Assembly (NCBI GenBank): GCA_963841735.1
Contig: CAWJDT010000007.1
Location: forward strand, 1 to 64,000
Reading direction: 5' to 3'
DNA from: an uncultured Actinomycetes bacterium
GTDB taxonomy: Bacteria; Actinomycetota; Thermoleophilia; RBG-16-64-13
Length of the DNA stretch: 64,000 bases
The position numbers were made by a program, and so were the translations under genes. Of the stretch, positions 53,420-63,718 are shown piece after piece (position 1 is the stretch's first letter; each line of letters starts with the position of its first letter). The notes beneath the pieces were generated by a model, which saw nothing but the letters and a program-made list of their open reading frames with translations, was not told where the DNA came from and made no database searches.

Positions 53420-56400
53420 ATGAACACATCTCCCAAAAACGGAATCACGCTGATCTTGGGACCTGCGAACTCGGGCAAGATGGGGCGCGTGCTTGATTGG
53501 TGGCAGGAGCGACTGCCGCTGAGGCCGCTGGTGGTCCTGCCCACCGCGCCCGACGCTCTGCAGGCTTCGGCCGAGATGGCGCAGCGCGCGGGCGGGCTGG
53601 TGGGCCAGGATGCCGCGGTCACCTTCGACGGTCTGGTGCGTCAGGTACTGGGCCGCTCTCCCCGGTATGCCACCGATCTCGAGAGGACCCTCATCGTTTC
53701 TTGCCTGTTGCGGGACCTACCGGTTGGAGTGCTCGGAGGTAGCGAGCGGCTCCCGTCGCTGGCCCCCGCGCTCGCCGTGCTGCTGCAACAACTCAGCGAC
53801 AGCGGCAGAGCGCCGGAAGAGATCGAGGCGGTGCTCCGGCGCTGGGCATCGGTCGATCCTCACGCGGCCGTGCTGGCCTCCGAAATCTGTGAGCTGGCAG
53901 CCGCTTTCGCGGGCAAGTGTTCCGAACTCGGCTTGGCCGATCGCCCTCCGGCTCTTCGCGAAACGATGTCGGCGGCCTCCGGCTGGCAACGGCCGCTGGC
54001 TCTCTACGGTTTCACCTCGTTTACCGGTGGGCAGCGCAATCTGCTCGAGGCCCTGTCACGTTCGGTCGAGGTGTTGATCGCCTTCACGCACAGGCGCGAG
54101 CACAAGGTCGGTCTTATAAGGCCCGACGAGTTGGCTTGGTGGATGGCGCGTGCGGGCCGAGTGGTGGAGTCTGAGCCCGATGCGCTTTCGTACGCAGCTC
54201 CGGCGATCGCCTATCTGGAGAGATACGCCGCGAGCGACGGGCCTCGGCCTGGTCCACCCGCTGCCGGTTCTGCCCGAGAGGGAGTGTGCTTTGTACTGGC
54301 TTCCGGACGTCGGGCCGAGGCCGAAGCGGCCGCCGAGCGGATCGCGGAGCTGCTCAGAGCGGGGGTCCGGCCGGCCGACATCGGTGTGGTCGTCAGGCAG
54401 GTCCGTCAGTGGAGCAGTCTGCTGGGTGACGTCTTCGACTCTTGCGGAATCATCTACCACATGGATGATCGTTGCCTTCTCGGCGAGACCGGGCTCGGGC
54501 ATGCCTTCCTTGGGGCCCTGAAGGGTGTGGTGTTCGATGACGACTCAGGCCTGTTCAGCTATCTACGCAGTCCTTACAGCGGTCTCGGCGCGCAAGAAGC
54601 CGCCGACCTTGAGCTGTTCTACCGGCGGCGGACCGCTCGGGGCGCGCGGGCGTTGGCGGGGGCCGCCGGAGAGGGCTGCCGCGAGTCGGTGCGCCGGCTC
54701 TGGGACCTGGTCCTCCCAGGTGCCGCAGACCCGGGGGGCGGCGTTGGCCCCGGCGGGGCGGGAGCTATGGGTTCTGCGAGGGCGGCTGGGTCGGTCATCG
54801 ACCCGGTCGAGGCTGCCGCCTTGGCCCAGCGCATGTTGGTGGCCGGTTCGATCGGCACCGAGCCGGACTCCGGGGAGCTACGTGAGGACGCTCGGGCGTT
54901 TCGTGCCATTCAGATCGCGTTGGAGACCATCGGAGTACTTGCCGCGGGTCGGGGTCCTGACGACGCGCTCGACTCCCGTCTGCTCTTGCGCGTGCTCGCA
55001 AAGGTGGTGGTGCCTTCCGTCGGAGGAGACTGCGGCGATGCGGTGCAGGTGCTCAGCGCCCAGCGGGCTCGGGCCCGCCGGTTCGAGGCGGTCCTGGTGC
55101 TGGGCTTGGTGGAAGGCGAGTTCCCCGGGCGGCCAGACACACCGTCGCTGCTCAGCTCTGCCCAACGGGCGCGGCTTGATCAGCTCGGAGATGGGCTTTT
55201 GGCGCCGGAGATCGACCAGGAAGAAGCCCTGTTCGTCAGTGCCGCGTCGCGGGCCCGGCGCCTTCTCTATCTGAGCGCGCGTGATGCCGAAGACGACGGT
55301 GGCGAGGCGGCGCCCTCGCGCTTCTGGCAGTCGGCGAAAAACCTCCTCGGGGTGGGCTCGGGCGAGCACGAGGTGCGTACCTTGGCTGAGTTGGTATTCG
55401 CCCCGTGCTTGGCTCCCTCCGCGCGGCACTACTTGCGGGGATGCGCGGCTTCTGGCGTGGCACTCGAAAGTCTCGGCCCGGATGTCAGACTGGATAGGCC
55501 GGTGCGCCCCTGGAAGACCGAGCCTCCGCGGCTGACCGACCCCACGGTGCTCGAAGAGCTGGCGTCTCTCGACTGCTTCAGTCCCTCTGCGCTCGAATCA
55601 TACTCAGGTTGCCCGTTTGCCTGGTTCGTCGAGCGCGTGGTGGGTGTTGACGACCTGGAGGTGAATCTGGATGCGCAAACGATGGGGGAGCTTCTGCACT
55701 CCGCGCTCAGTGCTACGTACGCGGAGCTGGCCCAGCGGGGCCTTCTACCGCTACGGCCCGAAGGCCTGCCCGCGGCTGAGGGGGTGGCGATGGCAGCAAT
55801 CGACGAAGCTGTGCAGAGCGAGCGTTGCCCTGGCAGCCTAGCGCAGCGGCGTCTCGCGACGTGTAGGCTCAAGGGCATGGTGCGCGGCCTCCTTGCACGG
55901 GAGTCAGGCTCCAATAGTGGGTTCACCCCTTCTGAGACCGAGACCTGGGTGGGCGGCCGGCAAGGGGTGGATATCGGCGGACTGCGCATCAGGGGGCGCA
56001 TCGATCGGGTGGACGCCACGGCCGGGGGGGACACGGTGTTCGTCATTGACTACAAGAGCGGAAAGACCCCTTCCGCGAACGCTCTGGGCACGGAGGAGGC
56101 GCTCCAGCTCCCACTCTATCTCCGAGCACTCGCCGTGGAGAGGCCAAATGTGCGGGTGGCCGGCGGGGCGTACCTGTCGTTGGCCGAGGGCAAGCGCGTG
56201 GGGGTGGTGTCGGCCGGGTTCGAGGGGGTGCTGGGGGCGGGAGGCGAAGGGTGTCGGGTGTTGGACGAGGATGGTGCGGCCGAGCTATACGAAAGGACTC
56301 TCGCTATAGCGCGCGTGGCGGCCGCGGGAATGCGCGCGGGCGAAATCGCGCCCCGGTTCGGCAGGCAATGTCCGCCGTGGTGCAGACTGGGCCCGGCCTG

Positions 56401-56431
56401 CCGGTCCGGCTCCGGAGGATACAGGCCATGA
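53420..56431 (+). CDS. AddB/AdnA-like helicase-nuclease subunit with PD-(D/E)XK nuclease and Fe-S motif
   Basis: GPANSGK; FSPSALESYSGCPF; GRIDRVD..IDYKSG; QLPLY; CPPWC...C. Confidence 0.85.
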   Translation: MNTSPKNGITLILGPANSGKMGRVLDWWQERLPLRPLVVLPTAPDALQASAEMAQRAGGLVGQDAAVTFDGLVRQVLGRSPRYATDLERTLIVSCLLRDLPVGVLGGSERLPSLAPALAVLLQQLSDSGRAPEEIEAVLRRWASVDPHAAVLASEICELAAAFAGKCSELGLADRPPALRETMSAASGWQRPLALYGFTSFTGGQRNLLEALSRSVEVLIAFTHRREHKVGLIRPDELAWWMARAGRVVESEPDALSYAAPAIAYLERYAASDGPRPGPPAAGSAREGVCFVLASGRRAEAEAAAERIAELLRAGVRPADIGVVVRQVRQWSSLLGDVFDSCGIIYHMDDRCLLGETGLGHAFLGALKGVVFDDDSGLFSYLRSPYSGLGAQEAADLELFYRRRTARGARALAGAAGEGCRESVRRLWDLVLPGAADPGGGVGPGGAGAMGSARAAGSVIDPVEAAALAQRMLVAGSIGTEPDSGELREDARAFRAIQIALETIGVLAAGRGPDDALDSRLLLRVLAKVVVPSVGGDCGDAVQVLSAQRARARRFEAVLVLGLVEGEFPGRPDTPSLLSSAQRARLDQLGDGLLAPEIDQEEALFVSAASRARRLLYLSARDAEDDGGEAAPSRFWQSAKNLLGVGSGEHEVRTLAELVFAPCLAPSARHYLRGCAASGVALESLGPDVRLDRPVRPWKTEPPRLTDPTVLEELASLDCFSPSALESYSGCPFAWFVERVVGVDDLEVNLDAQTMGELLHSALSATYAELAQRGLLPLRPEGLPAAEGVAMAAIDEAVQSERCPGSLAQRRLATCRLKGMVRGLLARESGSNSGFTPSETETWVGGRQGVDIGGLRIRGRIDRVDATAGGDTVFVIDYKSGKTPSANALGTEEALQLPLYLRALAVERPNVRVAGGAYLSLAEGKRVGVVSAGFEGVLGAGGEGCRVLDEDGAAELYERTLAIARVAAAGMRAGEIAPRFGRQCPPWCRLGPACRSGSGGYRP

Positions 56432-59400
56432 GCTGTATCAAGGGCATGGGGCTTTCGGACCCACAGTCGGCGGCCGTTCTTGACGGAAGGCCTCGAGTGT
56501 TGGTGGCGGCGGGAGCCGGGAGCGGTAAGACCCGTCTGCTGATCGCCTGCGTGTTGCACGCCCTCATCGAAGAGGCGTCTGCCTGTCGAGCGGCTGATCG
56601 CCGTCACCTTCACCCGGAAGGCCGCCACCGAATTGGTCACTCGCATCAGGACAAGCCTGGAAGAGTGCGGGCGACCGGATCTGGCCAGGTTGCTCGATCT
56701 GGCGACCACCGGCACCATCCATAGTCTTTGCCGGCGCTTGGTCAAAGACCGCGCGCTCGAAAGCGGAGTCGATCCCGCCTGCGTGGTTCTCGAGGCCGAC
56801 GCCGCCGATTTGTTAAAACAAGAAGTCGGCCGCCTGGCCTGGGAGGCTTTTGTCGAGCGGGCGGGTGAAGCCGAACTGCAGGTGCTCGCGCTTGAGGGAG
56901 AGGGCCTGCGCAGGGAAATGATCTCCCTATACGACCGTCTACGTGGGTTGGGCTATGACCACCCGCGGCTCTCCATACATGCCGAGGTGTCCGAAGAGCC
57001 TGCCCGCTTGGACCTCATCCGCTCAGCCGGCGCAGCCTTGGTCGCCGGTGCCGCCTTGCCCAAACGCTCGAAGACTCTCGACGGAGATCTCTCTGCGCTG
57101 ACGGCCTGCCTCGCCTGGCTGGAGCAGGATCCGCCCTGCGGCGCTTCTTCGGGCGTCGTCTCCCCGGTGGGCTCTTGCCTGCGTGCGAGCGCCCGCTTCT
57201 TTCCGAGCCGGCGGACTCCGGCCATGGAGCCGTACTTCGTTCCGGTGCGGGAGGCCCTGACGCGCTACCGGCGCGCGCTGGCCAAGATGTACCTGGAGCC
57301 GCTGGTTGGCACCGTCAATGCACTTCTGGCCGAATTTCACGCGCTCTACTCCACCCGCAAGCAAGAGCAGGGCTTAGTGGACTTCACCGATCTTGAGTTG
57401 CTGGCTCGTGATCTGGTGACACGCCCCGGTGAGGGGGGGCCGGCCGTCTCGCCCCAATCCGGCACCTTGCTTTTGGTGGACGAGTTCCAGGACACCAACG
57501 AGCTGCAGTGCTCCATACTCGAGGGCCTTCTGACGACCCGCATGCTTATGGTCGGGGATGAGCGGCAAAGCATCTACCGTTTTCGTGGAGCCGACGTGGA
57601 TGTCTTCCGGCATCGGCAGGCGGAGTTGGAGGCTTCCGGGGAGCAGGGCGCGGCCGCCGGGGCGTGTGCTGAGGCGGTCTGTGCGGGCGCTCCCGTGCAT
57701 CGTCTGGATGTCAACTATCGCAGTCGCCCCGAGGTGGTTGCCTTCATAAACCGGCTATTCGCGCATACAGACTTCTTTGGCGGTCGGTTCGTCCCGCTGC
57801 AGCCCGATCCGGCACGGTCGGCGGCCGCGGACGCGGAGGGTAGACCCTCCGTTGAGGTTGTTGTGGCGCATCGCGGTCCTTGGACCGCGGACGACTGTGC
57901 CATGCCGCTGCAGGACGCGGAGGCCGTTGCCGTTGCCGGCAGCGTGCGCAGACTCGTAGATGAGCAGGGGTGGCAGCAGCGCGACATCGTCGTTCTGTTG
58001 CCGGCCCAGACCCACGTGGGTCGCTACCAGGAAGCGCTGCTGGCCGAGGGGGTGGACGTCTACGTGGTGCGCGGCAAGGGTTATTACTCGCAGGATGAAG
58101 TGGCCGATGTGGTCTCACTGCTCCGGCTGCTAGTCAATCCCCACGATGATCTCGCGCTGGTGAGCGTGCTGCGGTCGCCCATGGTCGGTTTGTCGGACGA
58201 CGGCCTGTACATCTTGGGCAGGGCCGGTCGGGCAATGCGGGCGGATTCTCTGTGGAAGGCGGTCCAGGCCGGGGCTCCGGAGTCATTGGGGGCCGTGGAC
58301 AGGTCGCTTCTGGGTGACTTCCTGGGCAGACTGAGCGGCCTCAGGCGCCGGGTGGGAAGGCCTGGGTTGGCGCGACTTATCGACAATGCCGTTAGCGCCT
58401 GCGCGTATGACCTGTGCCTGCTGGCCTCACCTGGGGGCCGGCGCCGTTACGCCAATGTGCGCAAGCTCATGCGCCTTGCGGCCGAGTTCGAGGCGGTCAG
58501 CGGCCCGGACCTCGCCGGGTTTGTCGATTCGCTCCGCTCTCGAGACGATCTAGGCGACCGCGAAGGGAGTGCCCCCACGCTCACCGAGGGTGAGGACGTC
58601 GTCAGGGTGATGACCGTGCACCAAGCCAAGGGCTTGGAGTTTCCCGTGGTAGTGCTGGCCGGCCTGGGGTCGGACGTTCCGCGTGGCTCTTTCCCGGCGT
58701 TCGTTATCGGTGGCGACGGACGCATGGGGGTGTTTCTCAAGGGATCCCAGCACAAGACGTACGAGGAGGCCGACCTTTGCTGGGGTCCGGCCGACGATAT
58801 CGCCGCCCAGGAGCGGACGCGGGACGAGGAAGAAGATGTGCGTCTGCTCTATGTGGCCATGACTAGGGCGCAGGAACGGCTGGTTCTGGTGGGGGGTGGT
58901 CCGAAGACAGGCCAGGCTGTCGTTGGTCGGATCGCCCGCATCGCGGGCGCACTGGGACTTGATGCCGTGCCGGCGCCGGGCGAGGCTGTCTTGTTGGAAG
59001 GTTTGGACGCGGTGGTAAGGGGGGTGGACTCGACGGCGGAAGCTCGTAGGCGCGGGCACGAGCAAGATGGGGAGTCGGAGTCTGAGTCGCCGCCGTCGTT
59101 CGAAGGGCGACCGGTTGCCTGCCCTCAGTTTATAGAAACGCTTCCTCGTTTTGGTTTATACCGGCAGGTGAGCTTCTCGGCGCTCGCCGCCTATCAGCGG
59201 TGTCCCCAGCAGTTCTATCTGGAACATGTACTTGGTCTGAAGTTGACAGGGGAGGAGCCGGTTCGCGAGGAGGACGACGCCGGCACTTGGCAGCACAGTC
59301 TACTGGATCCGGAGGAGCAACACGCCGGACGCGACGTGGGTTTGCTCGTGCACGCCCTCTTGGAGCGGGCGCCTGCCACCGGGGAGGCTCCGGCGAGGGC

Positions 59401-59947
59401 AGCGCTGTTGGACGAAGCTGAGGAGTGGCGGCGCCGGACGGGCGTGCATCTTTCTCGGGAAGCGCTCGAGAGGGCTGTTGAGCTGACCAGCGCCTTCTGG
59501 TTGTCGCCGGTCGCCGCCGGACTCTCGGCGCCGTCCGCTCGGCGGGAGGCGCCGTTCTTCTTCGCTCAGGCCGAGACGGTGGTTTCGGGCATCATGGATC
59601 TTGTATTCGTCGACAATGGCTGCTGGTACATAGTCGACTACAAGACCAACGCGCTGAGCGGGCGTTCGACCAGCGAGTTGGCCTTGGAGTACCGATTGCA
59701 GGGGGTGGTCTATCGCCTGGCCGCGCTGCGGGCGGGGGCGCCGGCCGTCCAGATGGACTTCGTGTTTCTGGAGCGGCCCTCGGATACTGTGATGGTTCGG
59801 TCGAGTCCGGAGGACATGCCTTTGCTGGCGGACGAGTTGGACGAGGCGCTTGCGGGGCTGCGTCAAGGGCGTTTCCCGGCGACAAACGGAGAGAACTGCG
59901 GCCGCTGCGTGGTCGCGAGCCTGTGCGGGGGCATGGCCTGTCTCTAG
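56428..59947 (+). CDS. AddA/AdnB-like UvrD helicase-nuclease (frameshift near 56585)
   Basis: AGAGSGKT, TFTRKAA, VDEFQD, VGDERQSIYRFRGA, TVHQAKGLEF, YVAMTRA; C-terminal VDYKT and CxxC-x5-C. Confidence 0.9.
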
Positions 59948-59999
59948 TCGATGGTATACAATAGGCGGCCGCCAGAAGTGTGACATTGGCGGCATGCGG

Positions 60000-60076
60000 C
60001 GGGGTGTAGCGCAGCCTGGTAGCGCGCATCGTTCGGGACGATGAGGTCCCGGGTTCAAATCCCGGCACCCCGACCA
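60000..60076 (+). tRNA. tRNA-Pro(CGG)
   Basis: Cloverleaf with CGGGGTG/CACCCCG acceptor stem, anticodon loop TTCGGGA, GGTTCAAATCC and encoded CCA. Confidence 0.97.
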
Positions 60077-60142
60077 TAGACAGAAGATGCCAGCAGAAAG
60101 ACGCCGGGACGGAGCAGTGGCCACCTCGAGTAGGCCAAGCGG

Positions 60143-61420
60143 CTACGGCAGGGTATTCACCAATATCACCACCAGCACGTGAGTGCCCGCTTCGTCGGGC
60201 GTGGTCAGCTGGGGGGGCGGGGCCGCGTCGGTAGTCGGCGGCAGCAGCGTGGAAGTGGTGAACGACCAGTATGACACCGCCGGTGCCGGCGTCCGCTGGG
60301 CGGAGAGCACCGCCAGCAGGTTCTTTCGCTGCAAGAGCAGATTCGTCCATTCCATGACCGCGGGCTCCGGCATCAGATCAAGCGCCACCACGAGGCCTTC
60401 TGAGGCGGCGATCGCTCGCAGAAGATCGATGAATTGGGGCGCTTGGTCCTTGGGAACGTATGCCGCGAAGGTGGGTCGGCTCAAACCGAGTTCCTTGTCT
60501 AGGGGATAAAGGCCCGTCAAAGCGGTGATCTGGGCGGCGATCGTCCCCGACTGGGCGACGGTAACGAATGTGTCTCCGGCGCCGGTTATGGGGCTGGGGA
60601 TAGTCGTCTGAGGTGAGTCTGGCGTGCCTCCCTCAGCAGCCTCCTTGGGCAGGCCCTCCACGATGGGAGCCGATGCGCTTTCGAACACGAAGTAGGCTGG
60701 GGATCCCGGGACGGCAGTCATGCCACCGATCATCTCGGCCCTATCTTGTATGGGTGCGGGCTCGGCGGCTTTGATCGTGGCCGCGTCGTCGGTTGCCCCC
60801 GTCATGGTGATCGCGCTGGCTAATGTGGTGGCGGTGCCCGTGGGGGGTGCCGTACCCTCTGTGGCGCCGACGTACTGAGCGTCTTCAGGCATCGCTGCCG
60901 TTCCCAAAATAGAGCCATCGATATTGGTATAGGCATCACCCGCGGCTACTGCCGTGGTGCGCGCGGCCTCGTCCATCGACCCCGCGCCTGAGCGGAGCAC
61001 TGCAAAGCCCACCAGAGCCACCAGAACAGCGGCCACGATCGCCGACGCCGGTAGCCAGGAATTGCGTTTGCGCTGCCAGGTGTCCGACCATTTCGCCGGT
61101 CGCTCCAGCCCAACGTCTCGTACCGGCTGGGTCGCGCGGCTGGGGAAGAGCGCCTCGCTGACCACCGCGGCCTCGAGGGCAGGGGGAGCATCCTTGAGCG
61201 GGAGAGCCTGCATATAGTCGATGGCCACTTGCTGCAGTTGCAGGCGGGAGGCGCAGGCTGAGCAACCGGCGAGGTGGCGGTCGATGGCGTCCCTGGTCCG
61301 TGGATCGAGCTGGCCGTCCAGGTAATCGATGGCCAGCTCTTCCCAAGCTTCGACGTGGCCGGACAGCGCCTCTGCGGGCGTCGGTATGCGGTCGCTTGAT
61401 CTTTTGCCCCAGAACATCAC
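60143..61420 (-). CDS. Zinc-binding anti-sigma factor (zf-HC2) with TM helix and extracytoplasmic domain
   Basis: YLDGQL...HLAGCSAC (HxxxCxxC); one TM helix. Confidence 0.85.
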   Translation of the reverse strand: MMFWGKRSSDRIPTPAEALSGHVEAWEELAIDYLDGQLDPRTRDAIDRHLAGCSACASRLQLQQVAIDYMQALPLKDAPPALEAAVVSEALFPSRATQPVRDVGLERPAKWSDTWQRKRNSWLPASAIVAAVLVALVGFAVLRSGAGSMDEAARTTAVAAGDAYTNIDGSILGTAAMPEDAQYVGATEGTAPPTGTATTLASAITMTGATDDAATIKAAEPAPIQDRAEMIGGMTAVPGSPAYFVFESASAPIVEGLPKEAAEGGTPDSPQTTIPSPITGAGDTFVTVAQSGTIAAQITALTGLYPLDKELGLSRPTFAAYVPKDQAPQFIDLLRAIAASEGLVVALDLMPEPAVMEWTNLLLQRKNLLAVLSAQRTPAPAVSYWSFTTSTLLPPTTDAAPPPQLTTPDEAGTHVLVVILVNTLP

Positions 61421-61433
61421 ACTTCATCCCCTA

Positions 61434-62085
61434 TCAGGCTTGTTGGTGTGACGGCCTCTGCTGGTCCGGGGTTCCTACCCGCTCGGCCTCCGCCGCCGGG
61501 GACCTCGTAGCCAGCAATGGGTCAGTGCTTCTGCAAGAGCCTCACGGGCTCGGAAGATGCGCGACTTTGATGGTGCCCTCCTGGACTCCGAGTATCTGGG
61601 CGGCTTCGCTATATGGAAAGCCGAGCAAGTCGCACAGTACTACGGCGAAGCGAAAACCTTCTTCCAGCCCCATAAGCGCCTGCCCGGAGGGGAGCGGACA
61701 GCCCATCCACGGCGGGGTCGATGCCATCGCGGCCAGAGCCCACCACCGCGGCGGCACCGCATGGCCCGGAGAGGTCGTCGAGGATCTCGGCATCCATGGG
61801 TTCGGGTCTCTGCCGGCGCAGATGGTCGTAGGCGGCGTTCACGGCTATGCGATGTAGCCAGGTACTAAAGCGGGCCTCGCCCTTGAAAGAATCCAGGTTT
61901 CTGAAAGCCTTGATGAAGGCTTCCTGGGTTACGTCCGCCGCATCCCAGTGGTTGCCTAAGGTCCGAAGGGTCAGGTTGTAGACGCGCCGCTCGTGCCGGC
62001 GGTAGAGCTCGGTAACCGCGTCGGCATCGCCGGCGCGGGAGCGTCTCACCAGGTCGGTGTCCTCATCGCGCACCTGTTCGGTCAC
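61434..62085 (-). CDS. ECF sigma-70 factor (frameshifted)
   Basis: DAADVTQEAFIKA, FSTWLHRIAVN; region 4 FPYSEAAQILGVQEGTIK in another frame. Confidence 0.88.
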
Positions 62086-62204
62086 CCTCAAGCCTGTTTC
62101 CTGCTCCTCCGCTCGTTGTCCATGCGCCTGTCCGTCATTCTAACAGTGGAGACTGTGGTAACGTCGACACTTAAAGGCAATCTCGGCAGGAGGTCTAGAG
62201 ACTC

Positions 62205-62750
62205 ATGGCGGGAGAAGAAAACAGGGCTTCATCGGGGACCGGACGCACAGGGCGACGAGGCTGAGTTGATGGCTCGTCTTGAGGAAGAGATCCGCAATAT
62301 GTCCGTCGCGGACCATCTGGTCTTACATGTTGCACTCTCTCTCGGCGTTGGCCCTAGGGCGTCTGGGCCTGAGCCCAGACGGTGCCGGGCAGAGGGACCC
62401 GGCCCAAGCGCGGCTGGCGATAGAGGCCATCAAGGCTTTGGTGGGAGTGCTCGAGCAGGTGCGACCGGCAGGCGAGATCGCGGCTCACCGCGGAATGGTG
62501 GCCCAACTCCAGCTGGCCTTTGCGGGTGCGGTCACCGCTGCGGCTCCGCATGCGGAGCCGGCGGAGGGTCAGGCCCCGGCGGAGTCCGAGGCCTCGCAGA
62601 CGGCCGACGCCGAGACGCCGCGGAAAGCCGCGGAGGCTGCCAACTGCGGAATCGGTGGTGGCGAACCCCGCGATGACGCCGAGGCTCCCGACGGGGCAGG
62701 CCGACCCCAAGCCAGACAAACCGCGTCGCGGCAGTCAAGCAGGCTCGTGA
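62205..62750 (+). CDS. DUF1844-like protein (frameshifted)
   Basis: AGGAGG RBS; RLGL...DPAQARLAIEAI...QLQLAF; low-complexity tail. Confidence 0.6.
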
Positions 62751-62844
62751 TACGCTTTTCCAGCTGTCGGCCGGGCTCTATGCCGACGGATATGTGAAGT
62801 CGTGCGTCGTCGGAGTGCGGCGCTATCGTCCACGAAGGAGGGTC

Positions 62845-63708
62845 ATGTCGGTTCAGATTGGCATCATCGGTGGGAGCGGGCTCTACGACATGGTGGAGTT
62901 GGCAGACCGCGAGGAGATTCGGCTGTCAACGCCCTTCGGGGACCCGAGCGGGCCCTATGTGATGGCCACGTTGCGGGGGCATCGTGTCGCCTTCTTGGCC
63001 CGGCACGGTGCCGGCCACCGTATCCCGCCGTCGGAACTGAACTTCCGCGCCAACATCTTCGGCTTCAAACTCCTGGGCGTGGAGAGGATCTTCTCCGCGA
63101 GCGCCGTGGGCAGCTTCAAAGAGGAATACCCGCCCATGGACGTGGTGGTGCCCGACCAGTTCTTCGACCGCACCCGGGGACGCATCAGCACCTTCTTCCA
63201 TGGCCAGGGCATCGCCGGGCATGTGGCGTTCGCGAATCCCGTGTGCCCTGAACTGAGCAACATCGCGTTCGAGTCGGCGCAGGCGGTGGGCGCCCGAGCT
63301 CATATGGGCGGCACCTACCTTTGTATGGAGGGGCCGCAGTTCTCCACCAAGGCCGAGTCGCTGCTCTACAAGAGCTGGGGGATGGACGTCATCGGCATGA
63401 CCAATCTCCAGGAGGCCAAACTGGCCCGGGAGGCCGAGATCTGCTACACGACCATCGCCCTGGTCACCGACTACGATTGCTGGCATCCAGAGCATGACCA
63501 TGTGACCGTAGACATGATCGTGGCCAATCTCACCCGGAACGCCGAGACGGCTCAGCAGCTTATAGCCGAGGCCGTCGGGCGGGTGCCGGCGGGCCGCACC
63601 TGTGCGTGCGCGAGCGCGTTGGCGACAGCCATCCTCACCAGTCCGGATGCCATCCCGGCTCAGACCAAGCGCGATCTTGCCCCCATAATCGGCAAGTATG
63701 TCAAGTGA
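62845..63708 (+). CDS. mtnP: S-methyl-5'-thioadenosine phosphorylase
   Basis: IGIIGGSG, TPFG.PS, LARHG, EGPQFST.AES, GMT and VTDYDCW motifs. Confidence 0.93.
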   Translation: MSVQIGIIGGSGLYDMVELADREEIRLSTPFGDPSGPYVMATLRGHRVAFLARHGAGHRIPPSELNFRANIFGFKLLGVERIFSASAVGSFKEEYPPMDVVVPDQFFDRTRGRISTFFHGQGIAGHVAFANPVCPELSNIAFESAQAVGARAHMGGTYLCMEGPQFSTKAESLLYKSWGMDVIGMTNLQEAKLAREAEICYTTIALVTDYDCWHPEHDHVTVDMIVANLTRNAETAQQLIAEAVGRVPAGRTCACASALATAILTSPDAIPAQTKRDLAPIIGKYVK

Positions 63709-63718
63709 GGTGGGGGAG

